From: Candidatus Pacearchaeota archaeon
Lineage (GTDB): Archaea > Nanobdellota > Nanobdellia > Pacearchaeales > GW2011-AR1
DNA length: 34,685 nucleotides
Assembly (NCBI GenBank): GCA_017609695.1
Contig: JAFCDM010000001.1
Coordinates: 1-34,685, forward strand
Direction: 5' to 3'
Position 1 is the first letter of the stretch; every line of letters starts with the position of its first letter. Under the pieces are notes generated by a model. It was given only the letters and a program-made list of their open reading frames with translations. It was not told the origin of the DNA and did no database searches. Shown here piece by piece: positions 6,737 to 15,748 of the stretch. Both the position numbers and the translations under genes were made by a program.

Positions 6737-6868
6737 ATGATAAAACAAAAATCAGTTGGGATTGAAAGTGAAATAATTAAATTAGTAAAAAAAGAAGCAA
6801 AGAAAAAAAAGAGAAGTGATAGTTATGTTATTAATGAAATATTAAAAAAACATTATAAAATAAAATGA
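6737..6868 (+). CDS. Ribbon-helix-helix (CopG/Arc-like) regulator candidate
   Basis: Hand translation gives 43 aa: MIKQKSVGIESEIIKLVKKEAKKKKRSDSYVINEILKKHYKIK, a strand-helix-helix pattern. It overlaps the downstream surface-protein gene by ATGA. Confidence 0.5.
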   Translation: MIKQKSVGIESEIIKLVKKEAKKKKRSDSYVINEILKKHYKIK

Positions 6869-8298
6869 AAAAATTAATTTTAACATTGGTAGGGTTATTT
6901 TTTATTAGTTTTATCTCTGCAAGTGTTCAACCATCAGCAGATATTTTTATTTCAGGAATACCTGAAGAAATTAATGTTGGAGATTATTTTGATATTTCAA
7001 TAGATGGAGAAAATTTACAAAATGTGTTAAGTTATAGAATAAGTTATCTTTATGATAATGATTATTTAGAAGTTGTTAATTTATTTGTTGATGGAAGTTT
7101 TTTTAATTCTCTTGGAAGTCCAATGCAATTATCTTTTAATCCAAAAGATATTGAAACAACTTCAAATTATGATTCTATTTTTAGTATTTCTAAAACACTT
7201 TCTATTTTAGATAATTCTTATTCAGGTGATGGGGTATTTGGAACAGTTAGATTTAAAGCATTAAAATCAGGAAATACAAATTTACTTTCAGATGAATTAA
7301 ATAATTCTCCATCTTGGTATAGCCAACTATTAGGTAAGGGTTTTTTTAATTCTTTTTTATATACCAATTTATCATTACCAGAATATGAAATAAAGATAAT
7401 TGGAGATGAAAATGAAACAATACCAGAAGATAATATCTGTATTCCAAATTGGGTTTTAAATACATCTGAACAATATGATGAAGGAATGATAATAAGAAAT
7501 TGGTTTGATTTAAATTATTGTAATTTAACATCACCAGAACCAATAATAGAATATGTAAATTTAACAATACAAGATAACCAAACAATAAATCAAAATGGTG
7601 TTGGAATAAAATTTGAAGTTCAAAATGAACAAGAAGGAAAAGTTCAAATAAAGAAAACAACTCAAAACAATATAAAAGAAATTGAAAGTAAAAAATTAAT
7701 ATTAATTTTAAATATAACATCAGATATTATTTTTGACAACGCTAAAATTTCTGTTCCCTATGATGAAAACGACCTTAATGGATTAGATGAAAGCACATTA
7801 AGATTTTATTACTTTAATGAATTATTAGAAGAATGGGAAGTTTTACCAACAGAATTAGACACAGTAAATAATTTAATTACTGGTTTAACAACCCACTTTT
7901 CAATTTTTGGAATATTTGGAGAAGAACTTGAAGAACCATCCACCCCAATACCTACAAGTCCAAGTAGGAATTCAAGACACCATTCAAGTTCTTCTTCTAT
8001 AACTTCAATTATAGATAATTCAGAACCAGTTGAAAAAATATGTGGTGAGTGGAAAGTTAAATGTGAAGAAAATAAATTGTATGAATGCTTAGGAAATTCT
8101 TGGATATTTAAAAAAGATTGTGAAAATGGTTGTGAGAATAATTCTTGTAAGATTATTTTAGAACCAAAAGAAACAAAACAAAATATTTTTCAAGAATATA
8201 AGGGTGTTTGGATTGTTGTTTTAATTTTAGTTATTTTAATTATTATTGGAACAATTATTGGAGTTAAGAGAACAAACAAAATTCAGAAAGTTAATTAA
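6865..8298 (+). CDS. Secreted, C-terminally TM-anchored surface protein with a cohesin-like N-terminal domain
   Basis: Sec-type signal (MKKLILTLVGLFFISFISAS). The cohesin-like signature is ...YDNDYLEVVNL...GDGVFGTVRFKALKSGNTNL. A Ser-rich linker, a 6-Cys module (CGEWKVKCEENKLYECLGNSWIFKKDCENGCENNSC) and a terminal TM helix plus basic tail follow. Confidence 0.75.
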   Translation: MKKLILTLVGLFFISFISASVQPSADIFISGIPEEINVGDYFDISIDGENLQNVLSYRISYLYDNDYLEVVNLFVDGSFFNSLGSPMQLSFNPKDIETTSNYDSIFSISKTLSILDNSYSGDGVFGTVRFKALKSGNTNLLSDELNNSPSWYSQLLGKGFFNSFLYTNLSLPEYEIKIIGDENETIPEDNICIPNWVLNTSEQYDEGMIIRNWFDLNYCNLTSPEPIIEYVNLTIQDNQTINQNGVGIKFEVQNEQEGKVQIKKTTQNNIKEIESKKLILILNITSDIIFDNAKISVPYDENDLNGLDESTLRFYYFNELLEEWEVLPTELDTVNNLITGLTTHFSIFGIFGEELEEPSTPIPTSPSRNSRHHSSSSSITSIIDNSEPVEKICGEWKVKCEENKLYECLGNSWIFKKDCENGCENNSCKIILEPKETKQNIFQEYKGVWIVVLILVILIIIGTIIGVKRTNKIQKVN

Positions 8299-8320
8299 AT
8301 GGTAATTTTATAAAAATATA

Positions 8321-8578
8321 ATGGATTATAAATCAATTTTTTCAAAAGTATTAACTTATTTTGGAGAAAAATCTTCAGAAATTTCTAATTCTATTTTAAA
8401 TAAAATATCTGAAAAATTAGGAATAGATATAATTTTATTTCAATCAAAATTATTAACTATAATCATTCTTTTAATTTTACTTTTATTATCCTTAAAGATA
8501 ACAAAAAAAACAATTAAATTTGTGTTGATAATCTTAATAGCAATATTTATTATTTCAACATTTTTGTCAATTTTTTAA
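8321..8578 (+). CDS. Small membrane protein
   Basis: 85 aa. The C-terminal half consists of two hydrophobic helices (LLTIIILLILLLLSL, FVLIILIAIFIISTFLSIF). Confidence 0.5.
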   Translation: MDYKSIFSKVLTYFGEKSSEISNSILNKISEKLGIDIILFQSKLLTIIILLILLLLSLKITKKTIKFVLIILIAIFIISTFLSIF

Positions 8579-8623
8579 AAGGTAAATATTTATAAATGGT
8601 AAAATATATATAAATTTGTGAAA

Positions 8624-10453
8624 ATGAAAAGAGTGTGTTTATTATTGGTAATTTTATTTTTTGGAATAAATTTTGTTAGTTCTACAATCACATGTGATTC
8701 AATTGAACAAATAAATGGAATCGTGGGAGAACCTATTTCTCCAATAACAATAAATTGTATAAATGATAATAATGAAACAGTAACTATTGGAAAAACAGGA
8801 GATTTTTTTACATTGTCAAATAATGAAGTATCAATGGAAACAACCCCTATAACATTAGAATTTTTTTCATTTTCAAATCCTGGAACATATTATTCTGTTT
8901 TATATTTTTCAGACGATACAACCCCCATTTCTGTAGTTATGGTTGTAGAAGATGAAGAAGAAACAATGGGATGTAGATTAATTGAATTACCACACACAAC
9001 AAATTATAGAATAAAACAAGGAGAAACAGGTTCAAGTTCACAATTAAAAATAAAAGTTTCAACAGAGTGTAAAAATTCATTAAGTATGTCTGTAACAGAG
9101 CAAACACAAATGAATAAACCAATGTATCTTCAGGGAAGTTCAGGGGATGTAAGTCCTGGAGAAGAATTTAGTTTCACAATAGGTCTTGATGCAGAAGGAG
9201 TCAATACTGGAACATATCAAAACACATACATTGTTTCTGCTACAGATGGAGATAAAATTTATAAAAAGGAAATAACTTTATTTACAATTGTAACTGTGAG
9301 TGATTCTCCTGTTGAAGAAGATACTTTTTCAGATTTACCAACTTGCTCATTGGATTCTGAAATGTCAATAAACAATACTTATTCTTTGGTTTGTCAGAAT
9401 GATAATCCAAATATTGAAATAGAAGTTCCGTATAATGAATATTTTCAAGGGGTTTCTGTTAGTGAATCAGAAGGAACATTTACTTATAAATTAAAACCAA
9501 CAAAAATAGGAATTATGAATTTAGTTGCATTATTCACATATAATGGCAATTCAATAGGAGAACCATTTTCAAAAGAAGTAAAAATTTTAAAATCATCTTC
9601 ATCTGGCTCTGGAATAGAAATGGATATTCTTTTCTACCAATTTGATAATAAAAAAGAAAAAAGTGAATTGGTTGCTGGTGATGTAACAATATTGGTTAAA
9701 GATAAAACCTCTCAAAGTATCATACCTTCTTTTACAACATATTTAAATGGAAATTTAGTAAATAATACTTTTACCATAAAAGCAAATATAAATTATGAAT
9801 TAATAGTTGATTCAGAAAATTATCTTTCTAAAACATTAAATTTTACTGTTGGAAAAAATAAATTAAGTTTAATTTTAGAACCAAATAAAGAATTTTATTT
9901 TCCAGGCGAGGTAATAAATTTTTCTTCAAATGAAGAAAACGTTAATTTTGTTGTGGGTGATGTTCTATTAACAGATAATTCATATACATTTAATTCAGAT
10001 GGAATTTTTTTAGTAAAAGCATATAAAGATGGATTTGAAACAGTAGAAAAAAATTTAACAGTAAAAAAAGAAATTTATCCAATAACAAAGACACCAGAAT
10101 TTCTAACAGATTGGAAAGTTGGAGAAAAAATAATTTGGGATTTAAATGAAAATACAACTTGGACAGTTTCATTAGCAGAAAAAATTGATGAAACTTTTGG
10201 AGAAGTTATTGTTATAACATCTGGAACAGGAGAAAGAATTAATTTTAAAATAGAAAAAGAAGGAAAATATACTATTGAAGCTGGAGATTTTACATTAGTT
10301 AGTAATTATCTTGTTGAAAAAGAAGGTTTTACAATTAAGTTTTGGAAGTGGGGATGGTATCAAGTTATTCTTTATTTAATTATATTAATATTTATATGGT
10401 TCTTTTTTCTGAGAGAATCAGAAGAAGAAACAACTCAAAAATTATCGGAATAA
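8624..10453 (+). CDS. Large secreted, TM-anchored protein (beta-rich, unknown function)
   Basis: I prefer the ATG at 8624 over the GTG at 8618. Features are a signal peptide (MKRVCLLLVILFFGINFVSS), a long Ser/Thr/Asn-rich ectodomain, and a C-terminal TM (WYQVILYLIILIFIWFFFL) with an acidic tail. Confidence 0.7.
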   Translation: MKRVCLLLVILFFGINFVSSTITCDSIEQINGIVGEPISPITINCINDNNETVTIGKTGDFFTLSNNEVSMETTPITLEFFSFSNPGTYYSVLYFSDDTTPISVVMVVEDEEETMGCRLIELPHTTNYRIKQGETGSSSQLKIKVSTECKNSLSMSVTEQTQMNKPMYLQGSSGDVSPGEEFSFTIGLDAEGVNTGTYQNTYIVSATDGDKIYKKEITLFTIVTVSDSPVEEDTFSDLPTCSLDSEMSINNTYSLVCQNDNPNIEIEVPYNEYFQGVSVSESEGTFTYKLKPTKIGIMNLVALFTYNGNSIGEPFSKEVKILKSSSSGSGIEMDILFYQFDNKKEKSELVAGDVTILVKDKTSQSIIPSFTTYLNGNLVNNTFTIKANINYELIVDSENYLSKTLNFTVGKNKLSLILEPNKEFYFPGEVINFSSNEENVNFVVGDVLLTDNSYTFNSDGIFLVKAYKDGFETVEKNLTVKKEIYPITKTPEFLTDWKVGEKIIWDLNENTTWTVSLAEKIDETFGEVIVITSGTGERINFKIEKEGKYTIEAGDFTLVSNYLVEKEGFTIKFWKWGWYQVILYLIILIFIWFFFLRESEEETTQKLSE

Positions 10454-10454
10454 G

Positions 10455-11531
10455 ATGAATCTTAAAAAAATATTTAAAATATTTGTAGGAATAAAAAAAA
10501 AGAAAAAAGCAGACAGAGTTCTAACATCTCTTAATCCAGACGAAAAAGATAATAAAGTAATAAAAGAACTATTTAAAAAAATATCCTCACAAGAACAACA
10601 ATTATCTGAAATTTCAGTTAAAAAGAAAGAAAAAGATTTAGAAAAGGAAGAATTCTTATCAGATTTAAGATTAGTTAAGGAGTTAAAAGAAAAATCAAAA
10701 AGAATAGAATCAAAAGGCAATAAAAATTTTTATGAATTATCTAAAATCTATTTTTATTTAAAAAAATATAAAAATGCTAAAATAGATATAACTGACAGAG
10801 ATGATGAGGTTGTTTTTGATTTGTTTGATAACTTTGGGTTTGTTGGAGACCAATTTGCAATAAGAGGAAAATCTGGAAAAATATGGTCTCTTGGAAAAAA
10901 TTTAAATTATGTAATCTATAAACCAGAGTCAATAAGGAATCATCTTAAAAGAAAAAAAATTCCAATACCTTATGATAAAGATTTAAAACCAGTTCCAGAT
11001 TTAGATAAAATGTTAATGGGGGAATTAAAGTATGATGGGGAAGAAGATAGTTTTAGAGAATCAGAAGAATTTGTGAGACCAATTAGAAAAATTTTTCAAG
11101 ATAAAGAAAGAAAAATATACTCTCTTTTAAAAGATAAAGAATATCACGAAAGTTTAATTATTCAATTAACAAATAATTTTAAAAAGTTAGAAAGAGAAAT
11201 AGAAGTACACAAATTAGAAGCAAAAGTTTCAAACTCTGGTTTAAGTGATGCTTTATTAAGTTTGAGAGAACTTTCAAATCAAATCGGAAATACTGTAAGA
11301 CAAAACACATTACTTGTTCACGGAAAGTTATCTTCTGATGAGATTATTGAAAAATATGAAGTTGTTTTCAAAAGACTTTTAGATGAGATGGAAGATGAAA
11401 AAGCAAAAACTGCTATTAGGAGAGCAAAAGATGAATTACATAGTGATTTACAATTTACTCAAAAGTTAGATAAAAAACCAATTGTGGTGAATGTTGAAGG
11501 AATTAAACAGGAGGAAATTAATAAAAATTGA
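10455..11531 (+). CDS. Lys/Glu-rich coiled-coil protein
   Basis: 358-aa ATG ORF starting 1 nt after the upstream stop. It has long heptad-like charged stretches at both ends and no enzymatic motif. Confidence 0.6.
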   Translation: MNLKKIFKIFVGIKKKKKADRVLTSLNPDEKDNKVIKELFKKISSQEQQLSEISVKKKEKDLEKEEFLSDLRLVKELKEKSKRIESKGNKNFYELSKIYFYLKKYKNAKIDITDRDDEVVFDLFDNFGFVGDQFAIRGKSGKIWSLGKNLNYVIYKPESIRNHLKRKKIPIPYDKDLKPVPDLDKMLMGELKYDGEEDSFRESEEFVRPIRKIFQDKERKIYSLLKDKEYHESLIIQLTNNFKKLEREIEVHKLEAKVSNSGLSDALLSLRELSNQIGNTVRQNTLLVHGKLSSDEIIEKYEVVFKRLLDEMEDEKAKTAIRRAKDELHSDLQFTQKLDKKPIVVNVEGIKQEEINKN

Positions 11532-11570
11532 GGTTACACAAGGGTAATCCTAATTATATAATATGTGCCC

Positions 11571-11645
11571 TAAGGTACCCTAAGTGAACGATAACTAAGG
11601 TACCCTAAGTGAACGATAACTAAGGTACCCTAAGTGAACGATAAC
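11571..11645. repeat. Three perfect tandem copies of a 25-bp unit (taaggtaccctaagtgaacgataac); iteron or operator candidate
   Basis: Units at 11571-11595, 11596-11620 and 11621-11645 are identical. The sub-repeat ccctaag also occurs at 11568. The array is GC-richer than its surroundings and lies 58 nt upstream of the wHTH gene at 11703. Confidence 0.95.
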
Positions 11646-11702
11646 TAGTAACATATTTTCACACCTTAAAAGGGGACTTTTCCATACACTCAAAAAAACA
11701 AA

Positions 11703-12014
11703 ATGGTAAAAAAAGATTTAAAAGATATAAAATTTTTAAAAATATTGAAAATTCTTTATTTAGAAGGAAAACCAATGAGTTATAAACAACTTTCAAAAAT
11801 AACAGGGTATAGTAAATCAACAATTTATAAGTCTCTTTTATATTTAAAAAGAAGGTATTTAATAAAAAAGGAAGAAATAACATATCCTTCAATGAATGAT
11901 AAAAAGACAGGTAGATTTATAAAAGGTCACACTGGAAGAAAAAAAGGGTTTTTATATTGTATAAATGAAAATTCAATAGAGAATATAAAAAAAACGGTGG
12001 ATTGTTTAGGATGA
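11703..12014 (+). CDS. Winged-helix (MarR/ArsR-like) DNA-binding protein
   Basis: ILKILYLEGKPMSYKQLSKITGYSKSTIYKSLLYLKRRYLIKKEE is a textbook HTH plus wing arrangement. Confidence 0.6.
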   Translation: MVKKDLKDIKFLKILKILYLEGKPMSYKQLSKITGYSKSTIYKSLLYLKRRYLIKKEEITYPSMNDKKTGRFIKGHTGRKKGFLYCINENSIENIKKTVDCLG

Positions 12015-12769
12015 ATATAATTTTTCCCACAAATATTTCTGAATTAAGAGAATGTCCTTTTGATTTTCATGAATTAGAAATGAAAATAAGAAAATTTTTC
12101 TTGTGTTTACAATTTAGTGGGAAAAATGTAAGATATGAGTGTTTAGACGCAAGAAATTATTTAGATTCTGTTAGAATAAATGTAAGAAATTTAATATCTT
12201 TTGAAGAAAATAAATATGTTCAAACATATAGTAAAGCATATTTTTGGATGATTGAAAATCTTGGAAGAGTTGATTTAAAATTAGATGAAATTGAAGAAGA
12301 ATTTGATAGGCTTGAAAAAACAGAAAATCATAACCATATTGATTTAAGTAAGAGTCACATAATAAGAAAGTACATAAACTCTTTGTTAGTAGTTTTTGAG
12401 CATCTTGTTTATCACCCATTAAAAAATTCCTTAAAAAAGTTTAAAAAAGACACATTTATAGATGGAAAAATAGTTGAAAAAGATTATAATTTATTTGCTT
12501 ATTACCTTTTTTTTGAGTTAAAAAATTCTTCAGAATCATTAGGGGCAATATCTTCAATAACTAAAAGTACTCCCCAAAGAAAAGGAGAATCAATAACTTA
12601 TAATCAATATGCTTCAAAAGACGATGCAGACCAATATTCTATTCCAGAACTTCCAAAAAATATTAAAGTAAAAGAACATATTAAAGTAAAAGAACAAAAA
12701 GAGGAAGATAAAAATAAATTAGAAATTCAAGAAGAATTATTTGAAGATGAAGATGAGGATGAAATTTAA
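12011..12769 (+). CDS. Hypothetical protein with a poly-acidic C-terminus
   Basis: The ATG at 12011 overlaps the upstream TGA (ATGA). The ORF track starts at the TTG at 12002. The protein ends ...EELFEDEDEDEI. Confidence 0.55.
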   Translation: MNIIFPTNISELRECPFDFHELEMKIRKFFLCLQFSGKNVRYECLDARNYLDSVRINVRNLISFEENKYVQTYSKAYFWMIENLGRVDLKLDEIEEEFDRLEKTENHNHIDLSKSHIIRKYINSLLVVFEHLVYHPLKNSLKKFKKDTFIDGKIVEKDYNLFAYYLFFELKNSSESLGAISSITKSTPQRKGESITYNQYASKDDADQYSIPELPKNIKVKEHIKVKEQKEEDKNKLEIQEELFEDEDEDEI

Positions 12770-13070
12770 AAATATATTTAAAAAGAAAAAAAGAAATATA
12801 TTTGTTAATAATTTAATTGGGGTTGTTGAATTAACAGATGTGGCTATGGAAAATGGGGTGGATGATAAGTTTAATAAAATAATAAAGATTTTTGAGGGGG
12901 TTAAAAAAGAAGGGAATGAAATAATTTGGGGAAAATTAATAGAAGAAATTCCTTATTCTAAAGAAGCAGTAATTAGTTTAGAAGAAGTAAAAAAAATTCC
13001 AATTGTATTCAAAAAACAAATTTATGTTGATTTTCTTGAAGAAGAATTTACAGGAGGTATTATAAATTGA
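12741..13070 (+). CDS. Hypothetical protein (start uncertain: 12741 to 12759)
   Basis: The ORF overlaps the end of the previous gene and has several candidate in-frame ATGs. Confidence 0.4.
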   Translation: MKMKMRMKFKNIFKKKKRNIFVNNLIGVVELTDVAMENGVDDKFNKIIKIFEGVKKEGNEIIWGKLIEEIPYSKEAVISLEEVKKIPIVFKKQIYVDFLEEEFTGGIIN

Positions 13071-13468
13071 ATAAAATTTTATTAACTAAAGGAAGATTTT
13101 TATTTGTTGAAAATAATTGCCCATATTGTGCAATTGCAAAAAAATCTACTTTAAAGATAAATAATCTTTTGCCATTAAATAAAAGAATCATAATAAAAGA
13201 TTGTACAAATTTAGGTAAATTTGGAATTTATGGGGATAACATAATAAAAGAATATTCTGATTATTTAGATGGATACCCAACACTTTTTTTAGGAATGCAC
13301 AAAAAAGTAGGTGCAAGTAGCATTATAGAATATACTGCCTGGTTAAAAGCAAAATTAAGAAAAGAATTGATAATTCAACAAGGGAACGAATATTTACCAA
13401 ATATAAATAAGTATGCTTTGTTTGATTTGGAGTGTAAACATAAAAAAGGGAGGTTAGTTTGTAATTAA
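13067..13468 (+). CDS. Thioredoxin-fold protein with a glutaredoxin-type CPYC active site
   Basis: FVENNCPYCAIAKK (CPYC) followed by GYPTLF (cis-Pro loop). The TTG start overlaps the upstream TGA (TTGA). The next in-frame ATG lies beyond the active site. Confidence 0.6.
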   Translation: MNKILLTKGRFLFVENNCPYCAIAKKSTLKINNLLPLNKRIIIKDCTNLGKFGIYGDNIIKEYSDYLDGYPTLFLGMHKKVGASSIIEYTAWLKAKLRKELIIQQGNEYLPNINKYALFDLECKHKKGRLVCN

Positions 13469-13469
13469 A

Positions 13470-13706
13470 ATGGCAAAAGAGAAAAATATGGGATTTAGAT
13501 GTGACTATAATGAAGATGGTTCAAAAGTTTGTAAAAGATATAAAAAGAAAGGCGGGGAAAAATATGGAACAGGAACGAATGCAAATTTTGTTGTTGATGA
13601 AAAGACATGTAGGGTTAGGATTATTGGGGATATTGATGATTCAGATAGGGAATCAGTTGAAAAAGTAGCAGAAGAAATTGAAAATAAATGTAGGAAGGGA
13701 TTTTGA
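13470..13706 (+). CDS. Small Cys-containing charged protein
   Basis: 78-aa ATG ORF starting 2 nt after the upstream stop, with 4 Cys. Confidence 0.5.
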   Translation: MAKEKNMGFRCDYNEDGSKVCKRYKKKGGEKYGTGTNANFVVDEKTCRVRIIGDIDDSDRESVEKVAEEIENKCRKGF

Positions 13707-13782
13707 ATGGAATGGTGGATTTATTTAATAAGTGGAATAATAATTTGGAGAATAATAATGGTAATTAGATATTCCAAAGAAG

Positions 13783-14211
13783 ATGAATCATTTACAAAAA
13801 AGTTTAAAAGATTTGCTTGTGGAAAATCTTACACAAGGTGTTGATATGAAAAAAATAAAAAAAGATAAATTAATAGAAAAAGATAAAGGATTTGTAGATG
13901 ATTCCATAGTTGGAATTATTAATTTAATTCATGGACAAATACATGCAGAATTACAATATATTCAAACAAAGGATGAAATTTGGCTTAAAATAGCTGAAGG
14001 ATGTCGTGGGGATAGAACAGAATTAATGGATTTAATTGTTGAAGGAAAAAATGAAGAATGGTGTTGGTGTAAACATTGTTTAGCATGGATAGGCATTTAT
14101 ATGGAATTGGGTTCAAGATGTTTAAGTGCAAAAGATTATAAATTAGGAGAATATTATTATAATAAGGCAGGTAAATGGTTATCTGTCTTTTATGAATTAA
14201 ATAATTTATAG
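13783..14211 (+). CDS. Hypothetical protein
   Basis: 142-aa ORF containing a CWCKHC cluster. The start is uncertain (alternative ATG at 13846). A small TM ORF from 13707 overlaps its 5' end. Confidence 0.45.
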   Translation: MNHLQKSLKDLLVENLTQGVDMKKIKKDKLIEKDKGFVDDSIVGIINLIHGQIHAELQYIQTKDEIWLKIAEGCRGDRTELMDLIVEGKNEEWCWCKHCLAWIGIYMELGSRCLSAKDYKLGEYYYNKAGKWLSVFYELNNL

Positions 14212-14219
14212 GGGGAAAA

Positions 14220-14411
14220 ATGAGATTTAATTTTAGGAAAAAACAAGTTGAAGAAAAAAAAATACCTAAACCAAAACCAAGAGAAGAAAAAAAGTGTGAG
14301 ATAGAAATAAAGAAAACAAAAACAGGAAAGAAAATTTCTTGGTCTGGTAACTGTTCAAGGGAGCATCTATCTGCTTTCGCAAAGCAAAATAATATTGATT
14401 TGGAGGAATAA
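14220..14411 (+). CDS. Small basic protein
   Basis: 63-aa ATG ORF preceded by gggggaaaaATG. Confidence 0.4.
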   Translation: MRFNFRKKQVEEKKIPKPKPREEKKCEIEIKKTKTGKKISWSGNCSREHLSAFAKQNNIDLEE

Positions 14412-14412
14412 A

Positions 14413-14643
14413 ATGTTAATAAGAAATTTAATATTAAAAACATTATCAATAATTGCGTTTATCTTATTTGTATATCTATTGTTAGTTAAAGAAGATGTAT
14501 TCTATTCAATAGTTTCAGCAATAATTGCTTTAATTTTTATTTTCCTAACAAAAGATGAAGAAAAAAATCTAGAAGAAAAAATTGAAGAAACTATTCAAGA
14601 AGAAAACAAAGAAATTGAAGAAGAAATAAAAAAGGAAAACTAA
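14413..14643 (+). CDS. Small membrane protein with an acidic tail
   Basis: The ATG at 14413 lies 5 nt after ggagga (14402-14407). There are two hydrophobic helices, followed by EEKNLEEKIEETIQEENKEIEEEIKKEN. Confidence 0.45.
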   Translation: MLIRNLILKTLSIIAFILFVYLLLVKEDVFYSIVSAIIALIFIFLTKDEEKNLEEKIEETIQEENKEIEEEIKKEN

Positions 14644-14647
14644 TTTT

Positions 14648-14956
14648 ATGATTATTGATAACATTGATTTAAAGATTATTTTGGAATTTTTAAAAAATAA
14701 AAATAAAAAATTTACTACCTGGTTTTTAATGAAAAAAATATTCCCAAAAGGGAAAGTTTCAGAGCATATGACAATAAAATCAAAATTGGATAAAATGGAA
14801 AAACATGGTTTATTTATCTTGAGCAATGAGAATGGAAAAAAAGAATATTTGTTGATTGAAGAAAAAGTTAAGTTAAAAAAAATAAAATTTGAAAAAAAAT
14901 ATACAAATACAATTTGTTTTTTTGTTGAAGATAAGTGGAATGCTTATGAAGTTTGA
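14648..14956 (+). CDS. Possible winged-helix protein
   Basis: ILEFLKNKNKKFTTWFLMKKIF...MTIKSKLDKMEKHGLFILSNENGKKEYLLIE resembles the small wHTH proteins of archaeal viruses. This is a weak call. Confidence 0.45.
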   Translation: MIIDNIDLKIILEFLKNKNKKFTTWFLMKKIFPKGKVSEHMTIKSKLDKMEKHGLFILSNENGKKEYLLIEEKVKLKKIKFEKKYTNTICFFVEDKWNAYEV

Positions 14957-15254
14957 TAAAAACATTTTTACCACTAATTTATAAGTTTATTTAAATAGAA
15001 ATCTATTATGAGAAAAAAAAAGGGAAATTCTTGTTCTGTAATAAACAGAAAAATTATTTTAAAAAGATATGGTAAAAAGTCTAAACAATTTAAGGACTGG
15101 CTTAAAAAGTGTAAAAAGAAAAAATGAAAAGAACATACAGAAAAATAAAAAATAGTTGTGAGATAATTATAACAAAAACAAAAAGAGGTATGACTTTTAA
15201 GTGTAAAAATTTAAAAAGAAAACCAAAGGTACAGGAAATAATTGATAAATTAAA

Positions 15255-15530
15255 ATGAAAAATATAAAATTATGTGAAAAATATAAAAGAATGAGGGATG
15301 AAGAAGGAGGATATGTGGGAAGGTGGTTTGGGGGTTGTGAACATAGAATATCTGTTGTAAAAGGAAATTTTCCAAGCGAATCAGAAATTAGAATAACTCC
15401 AAAAAATAAAGATAGTTTTAAAAGAAGGGGGAAAACAAAATTAATTTTGAAGAAGATAAATAAAAATTCAAAAAAAGAAATAAACAGATTTTTAGATAGG
15501 AAAAATAAATTAAATAAAAGTTTTAAATGA
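15255..15530 (+). CDS. Basic small protein
   Basis: 91-aa ATG ORF, Lys/Arg rich, with ATGA overlap to the next gene. Confidence 0.4.
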   Translation: MKNIKLCEKYKRMRDEEGGYVGRWFGGCEHRISVVKGNFPSESEIRITPKNKDSFKRRGKTKLILKKINKNSKKEINRFLDRKNKLNKSFK

Positions 15531-15733
15531 AAAGAAAAAAAATATTTGGTATGTTTAGCAGAAAACCTCTAATTTGGTTTCATTACTCCCTTTTACTTTT
15601 ATTTCTTTATTTAGGAGTTTTATTTAATAATTCTTACCTTTCAGATGTAAATTGGATTTGGACAACAATATTTTTTTATATAGTTATAAGTTTGGGTGAC
15701 CAAGTAATTCATAAAATATTAAATGTTAATTAA
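15527..15733 (+). CDS. Two-TM hydrophobic mini-protein
   Basis: 68 aa with two hydrophobic helices (LIWFHYSLLLLFLYLGVLF, WIWTTIFFYIVISL). Confidence 0.5.
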   Translation: MKRKKIFGMFSRKPLIWFHYSLLLLFLYLGVLFNNSYLSDVNWIWTTIFFYIVISLGDQVIHKILNVN

Positions 15734-15748
15734 ATAAAAAAAAATAAA

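Noticed and set aside
7346-7720. Antisense or shadow ORFs in the ORF track. On the - strand: 280-486, 815-997, 6460-6648, 7346-7720, 8937-9122, 9990-10172, 10442-10720, 11659-11892, 12171-12419, 13985-14449, 14569-14826, 19680-19916, 20292-20528, 21637-21975, 23362-23658, 24770-25000, 28318-28755, 29268-29516, 30972-31175 and 31248-31430. On the + strand: 29787-29978 and 32771-33016.
   Set aside because: All lie opposite or out of frame within longer ORFs that carry recognisable signal peptides, domains or coupling. Their products are Leu/Phe/Ile/Lys-rich low-complexity strings, as expected from translating AT-rich DNA in a wrong frame.
11571-11645. Possible CRISPR array (perfect 25-bp direct repeats)
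   Set aside because: The units are directly abutting with no spacers, and there are only three copies. I see no cas genes or leader. Iterons or an operator explain the array better.
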